Positions 28,117 through 40,800 of a stretch of DNA of 64,000 nucleotides are shown here, piece by piece (position 1 is the first letter of the stretch; each line of letters begins with the position of its first letter). The translations under genes were made by a program, and so were the position numbers. The stretch is from Paragordius varius (taxonomy: Eukaryota > Animalia > Nematomorpha): assembly GCA_964247055.1 (NCBI GenBank), contig OZ176056.1, positions 372,001 through 436,000 of the forward strand, written 5' to 3'. The notes beneath the pieces are model-generated. The model saw only the letters and a list, made by a program, of their open reading frames with translations. It ran no database searches and had not been told where the DNA came from.

Positions 28117-31100
28117 CTAGTCGTATCAATAAATCGCATCAATACTCAAGTTAAACTTTGTCCTTAAAAATCGGATATTGGTCACCGGTGAACAAAATTA
28201 TTTTATATACATTCTCTTAGTAAGACTACATCAAAATATAGAGATAGTTTGACAAACTCTTTCATATCCGATTTTTACAACGATACTTTAAAAATTAATG
28301 TATAAAACTAGTCGTATCAATAAATCGCATCAATACTCAAGTTAAACTTTGTCCTTAAAAATCGGATATTGGTCACCGGTGAACAAAATTATTTTTTATA
28401 CATTCTCTTAGTAGGACTACATTAAAATATAGAGATAGTTTGGCAAACTCTTTCATATCCGATTTTTACAAGATACTTTAAAAATTAATGTATAAAACTA
28501 GTCGCATCAATACTCAAGTTAAACTTTTTCCTTAAAAATCGAATATTGGTCACCGGTGAACAAAATTATTTTTTAAACATTTTGTTAGTAAGACTACATC
28601 AAAATATAGAGATAGTTTGACAAACTCTTTCATATCCGATTTTTACAACGATACTTTAAAAATTAATGTATTAAACTAGTCGCATCAATACTCAAGCTAA
28701 ACATTGTAATTAAAAATCGGATATTGGTCACCGGTGAACAAAATAATTTTTTATACATTCTCTTAGTAAGACTACATCAAAATATAGAGATAGTTTGACA
28801 AACTCTTTCATATCCGATTTTCACAACGATATTTTTTTAAAATTATGGTATTAAACCAGTCGCATCAATACTAAAGTTAAACTTTGTCCTTAAAAATCGG
28901 ATATTGGTCACCGGTGAACAAAATTATTTTTTATACTCTTAGTAAGACTACATCAAAATATAGAGATAGTTTGACAAACTGTTTCATATCCGATTTTTAC
29001 AACAATACTTTAAAAATTATGGTATTAAACCAGTCGCATCAATACTCAAGTTAAACTTTGTCCTTAAAAATCGGATATTGGTCACCGGTGAACACAATTA
29101 TTTTATATACATTCTCTTAGTATGACTACATCAAAATATAGAGATAGTTTGACAAACTCTTTCATATCCGATTTTTACAACGATACTTTAAAAATATAAT
29201 GTATAAAAATAGTCGTATCAATAAATCGCATCAATACTCAAGTTAAACTTTGTCCTTAAAAATCGGATATTGGTCACCGGTGAACAAAATTATTTTTTAT
29301 ACATTCTCTTAGTAGGACTACATCAAAATATATAGATAGTTTGGCAAACTCTTTCATATCCGATTTTTACAACGATACTTTAAAAATTAATGTATAAAAC
29401 TAGTCGCATCAATACTCAAGCTAAACATTGTCCTTAAAAATCGAATATTGGTCACGGGTGAACAAAATTATTTTTTATACATTCTCTTAGTAAGACTACA
29501 TCAAAATATAGAAATAGTTTGACAAACTCTTTCATATCCGATTTTTACAACGATACTTAAAAATTAATGTATTAAACTAGTCGCATCAATACTCAAGCTA
29601 AACATTGTAATTAAAAATCGGATATTGGTCACCGGTGAACAAAATTATTTTTTATACATTCTCTTAGTAAGACTACATCAAAATATAGAGATAGTTTGAC
29701 AAACTCTTTCATATTCGATTTTTACAACGATACTTTAAAAATTAATGTGTTAAACTAGTCGCATCAATACTCAATTTAAACTTTGTCCTTAAAAATCGGA
29801 TATTGGTCACCGGTGAACAAAATTATTTTTAATACATTCTCTTAGTAAGACTACATCAAAATATAGAGATAGTTTGACAAACTCTTTCATATCCGATTTT
29901 TACAACGATACTTTAAAAATTAATGTATAAAACTAGTCGTATCAATAAATCGCATCAATACTCAAGTTAAACTTTGTCCTTAAAAATCGGATATTGGTCA
30001 CCGGTGAACAAAATTATTTTATATACATTCTCTTAGTAAGACTACATCAAAATATAGAGATAGTTTGACAAACTCTTTCATATCCGATTTTTACAACGAT
30101 ACTTTAAAAATTAATGTATAAAACTAGTCGTATCAATAAATCGCATCAATACTCAAGTTAAACTTTGTCCTTAAAAATCGGATATTGGTCACCGGTGAAC
30201 AAAATTATTTTTTATACATTCTCTTAGTAGGACTACATCAAAATATAGAGATAGTTTGGCAAACTCTTTCATATCCGATTTTTACAAGATACTTTAAAAA
30301 TTAATGTATAAAACTAGTCGCATCAATACTCAAGTTAAACTTTTTCCTTAAAAATCGAATATTGGTCACCGGTGAACAAAATTATTTTTTAAACATTTTG
30401 TTAGTAAGACTACATCAAAATATAGAGATAGTTTGACAAACTCTTTCATATCCGATTTTTACAACGATACTTTAAAAATTATGGTATTAAACCAGTTGCA
30501 TCAATACTCAAGTTAAACTTTGTCCTTAAAAATCGGATATTGGTCACCGGTGAACAAAATTATTTTTTATACTCTTAGTAAGACTACATCAAAATATATA
30601 GATAGTTTGACAAAGTCTTTAATATCCGATTTTTACAACGATACTCTAAAAATTATGGTATTAAACCAGTCGCATCAATACTCAAATTAAACTTTGTCCT
30701 TAAAAATCGGATATTGGTCACCGGTGAACAAAATTATTTTTTATACTCTTAGTAAGACTACATCAAAATATATAGATAGTTTGACAAACTCTTTCATATC
30801 CGATTTTTACAACGATACTCTAAAAATTATGGTATTAAACCAGTCGCATCAATACTCAAATTAAACTTTGTCCTTAAAAATCGGATATTGGTCACCGGTG
30901 AACAAAATTATTTTTTATACATTCTCTTAGTAGGACTACATCAAAATATAGAGATAGTTTGGCAAACTCTTTCATATCCGATTTTTACAAGATACTTTAA
31001 AAATTAATGTATAAAACTAGTCGCATCAATACTCAAGTTAAACTTTTTCCTTAAAAATCGAATATTGGTCACCGGTGAACAAAATTATTTTTTAAACATT

Positions 31101-34100
31101 TTGTTAGTAAGACTACATCAAAATATAGAGATAGTTTGACAAACTCTTTCATATCCGATTTTTACAACGATACTTTAAAAATTATGGTATTAAACCAGTT
31201 GCATCAATACTCAAGTTAAACTTTGTCCTTAAAAATCGGATATTGGTCACCGGTGAACAAAATTATTTTTTATACTCTTAGTAAGACTACATCAAAATAT
31301 ATAGATAGTTTGACAAACTCTTTCATATCCGATTTTTACAACGATACTCTAAAAATTATGGTATTAAACCAGTCGCATCAATACTCAAATTAAACTTTGT
31401 CCTTAAAAATCGGATATTGGTCACCGGTGAACAAAATTATTTTATATACATTCTCTTAGTAAGACTACATCAAAATATAGAGATAGTTTGACAAACTCTT
31501 TCATATCCGATTTTTACAAGGATACTTTTTTTTAATTATGGTATTAAACCAGTCGCATCAATACTCAAGTTAAACTTTGTCCTTAAAAATCGGATATTGG
31601 TCACCGATGAACAAAATTATTTTTTATACTCTTAGTAAGACTACATCAAAATATAGAGATAGTTTGACAAACTCTTTTATATCCGATTTTTACAACGATA
31701 CTTTAAAAATTATGGTATTAAACCAGTCGCATCAATACTCAAGTTAAACTTTGTCCTTAAAAATCGGATATTGGTCACCGGTGACCAAAACTATTTTAAT
31801 ACATTCTCTTAGTAAGACTACATCAAAATATAGAGATAGTTTGACAAACTCTTTCATATCCGATTTTTACAACGATACTTTAAAAATCAATGTGTTAAAC
31901 TAGTCGCATCAATACTCAAGTTAAACTTTGTCCTTAAAAATCGGATATTGGTCACCGGTGAACAAAACTATTTTTTATACATTCTCTTACTACGACTACA
32001 TCAAAATATAGAGATAGTTTGACAAACTCTTTCATATCCGATTTTTACAGCGATACTTTAAAAATTAATGCATTAAACTAGTCGCATCAATACTCAAGTT
32101 AAACTTTGTCCTTAAAAATCGGATATTGGTCACCGGTGAACAAAATTGTTTTTTATACATTCTCTTTTTAAGACTACATCAAAAAAATATAGAGATAGTT
32201 AACTCTTTCATATCCGATTTTTACAACGATACTTTAAAAATTAATGTAGAAAACTAGTCGTATCAATACTCAAGTTAAACTTTGTCCTTAAAAATCGGAT
32301 ATTGGTCACCGGTGAACAAAATTATTTTTTTTACATTCTCTTAGTAAGACTACATCAAAATATAGAAATAGTTTGACAAACTCTTTCATATCCGATTTTT
32401 ACAACGATACTTAAAAATTAATGTATTAAACTAGTCGCATCAATACTCAAGTTAAACTTTGTCCTTAAAAATCGGATATTGGTCACTGGTGAACAAAATT
32501 ATTTTTTATACATTCTCTTAGCAAGACTACATCAAAATATAGAGATAGTTTGACAAACTCTCTCATATCCGATTTTTACAACGATACTTTAAAAATTAAT
32601 GTATAAAACTAGTCGTATCAATAAATCGCATCAATACTCAAGTTAAACTTTGTCCTTAAAAATCGGATATTGGTCACCGGTGAACAAAATTATTTTTTAT
32701 ACATTCTCTTAGTAGGACTACATCAAAATATAGAGATAGTTTGGCAAACTCTTTCATATCCGATTTTTACAAAGATACTTTAAAAATTAATGTATAAAAC
32801 TAGTCGCATCAATACTCAAGTTAAACTTTGTCCTTAAAAATCGAATATTGGTCACCGGTGAACAAAATTATTTTTTATACATTCTCTTAGTAAGACTACA
32901 TCAAAATATAGAGATAGTTTGGCAAACTCTTTCGTATCCGATTTTTACAACGATACTTAAAAATTAATGTATAAAACTAGTCGCATCAATACTCAAGTTA
33001 AACTTTGTCCTTAAAAATCGAATATTGGTCACCGGTGAACAAAATTGTTTTTTATACATTCTCTTTTTAAGACTACATCAAAAAAATATAGAGATAGTTT
33101 GACAAACTCTTTCATATCCGATTTTTACAACGATACTTTAAAAATTAATGTATAAGTCGCATCAATGCTCAAGTTAAACTTTGTCCTAAAAATCGGATAT
33201 TGGTCACCGGTGAACAAAATTATTTTTTATACATTCTCTTAGCAAGACTACATCAAAATATAGAGATAGTTTGACAAACTCTTTCATATCCGATTTTTAC
33301 AACGATACTTTAAAAATTAATGTATAAGTCGCATCAATGCTCAAGTTAAACTTTGTCCTTAAAAATCGGACATTGGTCACCGGTAAACAAAACTATTTTT
33401 TATACATTCTCTTAGTAAGACTACATCAAAATATAGAAATAGTTTGACAAACTCTTTCATATCCGATTTTTACAACGATACTTTAAAAATTAATGTATTA
33501 AACTACTCGCATCAATACTCAAGTTAAACTTTGTCCTTAAAAATCGGATATTGGTCACCGGTGAACAAAATTATATTTTATACATTCTCTTAGCAAGACT
33601 ACATCAAAATATAGAGATAGTTTGACAAACTCTTTCATATCCGATTTTTACAACGATACTTTAAAAATTAATGTATAAAACTAGTCGTATCAATAAATCG
33701 CATCAATACTCAAGTTAAACTTTGTCCTTAAAATTCGGATATTGGTCACCGGTGAACAAAATTATTTTTTTTACATTCTCTTAGTAAGACTACATCAAAA
33801 TATAGAAATAGTTTGACAAACTCTTTCATATCCGATTTTTACAGCGATACTTTAAAAATTAATGCATTAAACTAGTCGCATCAATACTCAAGTTAAACTT
33901 TGTCCTTAAAAATCGGATATTGGTCACCGGTGAACAAAATTGTTTTTTATACATTCTCTTTTTAAGAGTACATCAAAAAAATATAGAGATAGTTTGACAA
34001 ACCCTTTCATATCCGATTTTTACAACGATACCTTAAAAATTAATGTATAAAACTAGTCGTATCAATACTCAAGTTAAACTTTGTCCTTAAAAATCGGATA

Positions 34101-35325
34101 TTGGTCACCGGTGAACAAAATTATTTTTTATACATTCTCTTAGTAAGACTACATCAAAATGTAGAAATAGTTTGACAAACTCTTTCATATCCGATTTTTA
34201 CAACGATACTTTAAAAATTAATGTATAAGTCGCATCAATGCTCAAGTTAAACTTTGTCCTTAAAAATCGGACATTTGTCACCGGTAAACAAAATTATTTT
34301 TTATACATTCTCTTAGTAAGACTACATCAAAATATAGAAATAGTTTGACAAACTCTTTCATATCCGATTTTTACAACGATACTTTAAAAATAAATGTATT
34401 AAACTAGTCGCATTAATACTCAAGTTAAACTTGGTCCTTAAAAATCGGATATTGGTCACCGGTGAACAAAATTGTTTTTTATACATTCTCTTTTTAAGAC
34501 TACATCAAAAAAATATAGAGATAGTTTGACAAACTCTTTCATATCCGATTTTTACAACGATACTTTAAAAATTAATGTATAAGTCGCATCAATGCTCAAG
34601 TTAAACTTTGTCCTTAAAAATCGGATATTTGTCACCGGTGAACAAAATTATTTTTTATACATTCTCTTAGCAAGACTACATCAAAATATAGAGATAGTTT
34701 GACAAACTCTTTCATATCCGATTTTTACAACGATACTTTAAAAATTAATGTATAAAACTAGTCGTATCAATAAATCGCATCAATACTCAAGTTAAACTTT
34801 GTCCTTAAAAATCGGATATTGGTCACCGGTGAACAAAATTATTTTTTATACATCCTCTTAGTAGGACTACATCAAAATATAGAGATAGTTTGGCAAACTC
34901 TTTCATATCCGATTTTTACAACGATACTTTAAAAATTAATGTATAAAACTAGTCACATCAATACTCAAGTTAAACTTTGTCCTTAAAAATCGGATATTGG
35001 TCACCGGTGAACAAAATTATTTTTTATACATTCTCTTAGTAAGACTACATCAAAATATAGAAATAGTTTGACAAACTCTTTCATATCCTATTTTTACAAC
35101 GATACTTTAAAAATTAATGTATTAAACTAGTCGCATCAATACTCAAGCTAAACATTGTCCTTAAAAATCGGATTTTGGTCACCGGTGAACAAAACTATTT
35201 TTTATACATTCTCTTACTACGACTACATCAAAATATAGAGATAGTTTGACAAACTCTTTCATATCCGATTTTTACAGCGATACTTTAAAAATTAATGCAT
35301 TAAACTAGTCGCATCAATACTCAAG

Positions 35326-37865
35326 TTAAACTTTGTCCTTAAAAATCGGATATTGGTCACCGGTGAACAAAATTGTTTTTTATACATTCTCTTTTTAAGA
35401 CTACATCAAAAAAATATAGATATAGTTAACTCTTTCATATCCGATTTTTACAACGATACTTTAAAAATTAATGTAGAAAACTAGTCGTATCAATACTCAA
35501 GTTAAACTTTGTCCTTAAAAATCGGATATTGGTCACCGGTGAACAAAATTATTTTTTTTACATTCTCTTAGTAAGACTACATCAAAATATAGAAATAGTT
35601 TGACAAACTCTTTCATATCCGATTTTTACAACGATACTTTAAAAATTAATGTATAAAACTAGTTGTATCAATACTCAAGTTAAACTTTGTCCTTAAAAAT
35701 CGGATATTGGTCACCGGTGAACAAAATTATTTTTTATACATTCTCTTAGTAAGACTACATCAAAATGTAGAAATAGTTTGACAAACTCTTTCATATCCGA
35801 TTTTTACAACGATACTTTAAAAATTAATGTATTAAACTAGTCGCATCAATACTCAAGTTAAACTTTGTCCTTAAAAATCGGATATTGGTCACCGGTGAAC
35901 AAAATTATTTTTTATACATTCTCTTAGCAAGACTACATCAAAATATAGAGATAGTTTGACAAACTCTTTTATATCCGATTTTTACAACGATACTTTAAAA
36001 ATTAATGTATAAAACTAGTCGTATCAATAAATCGCATCAATACTCAAGTTAAACTTTGTCCTTAAAAATCGGATATTGGTCACCGGTGAACAAAAGTATT
36101 TTTTATACATTCTCTTAGTAGGACTACATCAAAATATAGAGATAATTTGGCAAACTCTTTCATATCCGATTTTTACAACGATACTTTAAAAATTAATGTA
36201 TAAAACTAGTCGCATCAATACTCAAGTTAAACTTTGTCCTTAAAAATCGGATATTGGTCACCGGTGAACAAAATTATTTTTTATACATTCTCTTAGTAAG
36301 ACTACATCAAAATGTAGAAATAGTTTGACAAACTCTTTCATATCCGATTTTTACAACGATACTTTAAAAATTAATGTATTAAACTAGTCGCATCAATACT
36401 CAAGTTAAACGTTGTCCTTAAAAATCGGATATTGGTCACCGGTGAACAAAATTATTTTTTATACATTCTCTTAGCAAGACTACATCAAAATATAGAGATA
36501 GTTTGACAAACTCTTTCATATCCGATTTTTACAACGATACTTTAAAAATTAATGTATAAAACTAGTCGTATCAATAAATCGCATCAATACTCAAGTTAAA
36601 CTTTGTCCTTAAAAATCGGATATTGGTCACCGGTGAACAAAATTGTTTTTTATACATTCTCTTTTTAAGACTACATCAAAAAAATATAGAGATAGTTAAC
36701 TCTTTCATATCCGATTTTTACAACGATACTTTAAAAATTAATGTAGAAAACTAGTCGTATCAATACTCAAGTTAAACTTTGTCCTTAAAAATCGGATATT
36801 GGTCACCGGTGAACAAAATTATTTTTTTTACATTCTCTTAGTAAGACTACATCAAAATATAGAAATAGTTTGACAAACTCTTTCATATCCGATTTTTACA
36901 ACGATACTTTAAAAATTAATGTATAAAACTAGTCGTATCAATACTCAAGTTAAACTTTGTCCTTAAAAATCGGATATTGGTCACCGGTGAACAAAATTAT
37001 TTTTTATACATTCTCTTAGTAAGACTACATCAAAATGTAGAAATAGTTTGACAAACTCTTTCATATCCGATTTTTACAACGATACTTTAAAAGTTAATGT
37101 ATTAAACTAGTCGCATCAATACTCAAGTTAAACTTTGTCCTTAAAAATCGGATATTGGTCACCGGTGAACAAAATTATTTTTTATACATTCTCTTAGCAA
37201 GACTACATCAAAATATAGAGATAGTTTGACAAACTCTTTTATATCCGATTTTTACAACGATACTTTAAAAATTAATGTATAAAACTAGTCGTATCAATAA
37301 ATCGCATCAATACTCAAGTTAAACTTTGTCCTTAAAAATCGGATATTGGTCACCGGTGAACAAAAGTATTTTTTATACATTCTCTTAGTAGGACTACATC
37401 AAAATATAGAGATAATTTGGCAAACTCTTTCATATCCGATTTTTACAACGATACTTTAAAAATTAATGTATAAAACTAGTCGCATCAATACTCAAGTTAA
37501 ACTTTGTCCTTAAAAATTGGATATTGGTCACCGGTGAACAAAATTATTTTTTATACATTCTCTTAGTAAGACTACATCAAAATGTAGAAATAGTTTGACA
37601 AACTCTTTCATATCCGATTTTTACAACGATACTTTAAAAATTAATGTATTAAACTAGTCGCATCAATACTCAAGTTAAACGTTGTCCTTAAAAATCGGAT
37701 ATTGGTCACCGGTGAACAAAATTATTTTTTATACATTCTCTTAGCAAGACTACATCAAAATATAGAGATAGTTTGACAAACTCTTTCATATCCGATTTTT
37801 ACAACGATACTTTAAAAATTAATGTATAAAACTAGTCGTATCAATAAATCGCATCAATACTCAAG
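35326..37865. repeat. Tandem 7-monomer duplication (1270 bp x2)
   Basis: 35326-36595 matches 36596-37865 monomer by monomer (176,178,178,191,178,178,191). In addition, 34792-36404 recurs at 38779-40391 (offset 3987). Confidence 0.85.
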
Positions 37866-40800
37866 TTAAACTTTGTCCTTAAAAATCGGATATTGGTCAC
37901 CGGTGAACAAAATTATTTTTTATACATTCTCTTAGTAGGACTACATCAAAATATAGAGATAGTTTGGCAAACTCTTTCATATCCGATTTTTACAACGATA
38001 CTTTAAAAATTAATGTATAAAACTAGTCGCATCAATACTCAAGTTAAACTTTGTCCTTAAAAATCGAATATTGGTCACCGGTGAACAAAATTATTTTTTA
38101 TACATTCTCTTAGTAAGACTACATCAAAATATAGAGATAGTTTGGCAAACTCTTTCATATCCGATTTTTACAACGATACTTAAAAATTAATGTATAAAAC
38201 TAGTCGCATTAATACTCAAGTTAAACTTTGTCCTTAAAAATCGGATATTGGTCACCGGTGAACAAAATTGTTTTTTATACATTCTCTTTTTAAGACTACA
38301 TCAAAAAAATATAGAGATAGTTTGACAAACTCTTTCATATCCGATTTTTACAACGATACTTTAAAAATTAATGTATAAGTCGCATCAATGCTCAAGTTAA
38401 ACTTTGTCCTTAAAAATCGGATATTGGTCACCGGTGAACAAAATTATTTTTTATACATTCTCTTAGCAAGACTACATCAAAATATAGAGATAGTTTGACA
38501 AACTCTTTCATATCCGATTTTTACAACGATACTTTAATAATTAATGTATAAAACTAGTCGTATCAATAAATCGCATCAATACTCAAGTTAAACTTTGTCC
38601 TTAAAAATCGGATATTGGTCACCGGTGAACAAAAGTATTTTTTATACATTCTCTTAGTAGGACTACATCAAAATATAGAGATAATTTGGCAAACTCTTTC
38701 ATATCCGATTTTTACAACGATACTTTAAAAATTAATGTATAAAACTAGTCGTATCAATAAATCGCATCAATACTCAAGTTAAACTTTGTCCTTAAAAATC
38801 GGATATTGGTCACCGGTGAACAAAATTATTTTTTATACATCCTCTTAGTAGGACTACATCAAAATATAGAGATAGTTTGGCAAACTCTTTCATATCCGAT
38901 TTTTACAACGATACTTTAAAAATTAATGTATAAAACTAGTCACATCAATACTCAAGTTAAACTTTGTCCTTAAAAATCGGATATTGGTCACCGGTGAACA
39001 AAATTATTTTTTATACATTCTCTTAGTAAGACTACATCAAAATATAGAAATAGTTTGACAAACTCTTTCATATCCGATTTTTACAACGATACTTTAAAAA
39101 TTAATGTATTAAACTAGTCGCATCAATACTCAAGCTAAACATTGTCCTTAAAAATCGGATTTTGGTCACCGGTGAACAAAACTATTTTTTATACATTCTC
39201 TTACTACGACTACATCAAAATATAGAGATAGTTTGACAAACTCTTTCATATCCGATTTTTACAGCGATACTTTAAAAATTAATGCATTAAACTAGTCGCA
39301 TCAATACTCAAGTTAAACTTTGTCCTTAAAAATCGGATATTGGTCACCGGTGAACAAAATTGTTTTTTATACATTCTCTTTTTAAGACTACATCAAAAAA
39401 ATATAGAGATAGTTAACTCTTTCATATCCGATTTTTACAACGATACTTTAAAAATTAATGTAGAAAACTAGTCGTATCAATACTCAAGTTAAACTTTGTC
39501 CTTAAAAATCGGATATTGGTCACCGGTGAACAAAATTATTTTTTTTACATTCTCTTAGTAAGACTACATCAAAATATAGAAATAGTTTGACAAACTCTTT
39601 CATATCCGATTTTTACAACGATACTTTAAAAATTAATGTATAAAACTAGTCGTATCAATACTCAAGTTAAACTTTGTCCTTAAAAATCGGATATTGGTCA
39701 CCGGTGAACAAAATTATTTTTTATACATTCTCTTAGTAAGACTACATCAAAATGTAGAAATAGTTTGACAAACTCTTTCATATCCGATTTTTACAACGAT
39801 ACTTTAAAAATTAATGTATTAAACTAGTCGCATCAATACTCAAGTTAAACTTTGTCCTTAAAAATCGGATATTGGTCACCGGTGAACAAAATTATTTTTT
39901 ATACATTCTCTTAGCAAGACTACATCAAAATATAGAGATAGTTTGACAAACTATTTTATATCCGATTTTTACAACGATACTTTAAAAATTAATGTATAAA
40001 ACTAGTCGTATCAATAAATCGCATCAATACTCAAGTTAAACTTTGTCCTTAAAAATCGGATATTGGTCACCGGTGAACCAAAGTATTTTTTATACATTCT
40101 CTTAGTAGGACTACATCAAAATATAGAGATAATTTGGCAAACTCTTTCATATCCGATTTTTACAACGATACTTTAAAAATTAATGTATAAAACTAGTCGC
40201 ATCAATACTCAAGTTAAACTTTGTCCTTAAAAATCGGATATTGGTCACCGGTGAACAAAATTATTTTTTATACATTCTCTTAGTAAGACTACATCAAAAT
40301 GTAGAAATAGTTTGACAAACTCTTTCATATCCGATTTTTACAACGATACTTTAAAAATTAATGTATTAAACTAGTCGCATCAATACTCAAGTTAAACGTT
40401 GTCCTTAAAAATCGGATATTGGTCACCGGTGAACAAAATTATTTTTTATACATTCTCTTAGTAAGACTACATCAAAATGTAGAAATAGTTTGACAAACTC
40501 TTTCATATCCGATTTTTACAACGATACTTTAAAAATTAATGTATTAAACTAGTCGCATCAATACTCAAGTTAAACTTTGTCCTTAAAAATCGGATATTGG
40601 TCACCGGTGAACAAAATTATTTTTTATACATTCTCTTAGCAAGACTACATCAAAATATAGAGATAGTTTGACAAACTCTTTTATATCCGATTTTTACAAC
40701 GATACTTTAAAAATTAATGTATAAAACTAGTCGTATCAATAAATCGCATCAATACTCAAGTTAAACTTTGTCCTTAAAAATCGGATATTGGTCACCGGTG

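Larger units (their letters stand above)
27960..28150 (+). repeat. Reference monomer (consensus at all diagnostic sites, 191-bp form with the 13-bp duplication)
   Basis: Matches the majority base at every variable site I tracked, apart from carrying the 13-bp duplication. Contains single AgeI/SgrAI (CACCGGTG), BstEII (GGTCACC), DraI (TTTAAA) and SpeI (ACTAGT) sites. Monomer positions quoted elsewhere equal coordinate minus 27959. Confidence 0.9.
26881..30512. repeat. Higher-order repeat, 10 monomers (1816 bp), two copies
   Basis: 27061 matches 28877 and 26881 matches 28697 (offset 1816). Shared private variants AACACAATT, TAGTATGAC, GTCACGGGTG, CATTGTAATT, TTTTGTTAG, ATACTAAAG. Confidence 0.85.

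Noticed and set aside
33146-33165. 5-bp deletion (TATAAGTCGC) and 2-bp deletion (TAGTGAC) ending near the ACTAGT and TCTTAGTAAGA axes as further dyad-linked events
   Set aside because: Their alignments are ambiguous by one base and short dyads cover much of the monomer, so proximity is expected by chance. Not counted as independent support.
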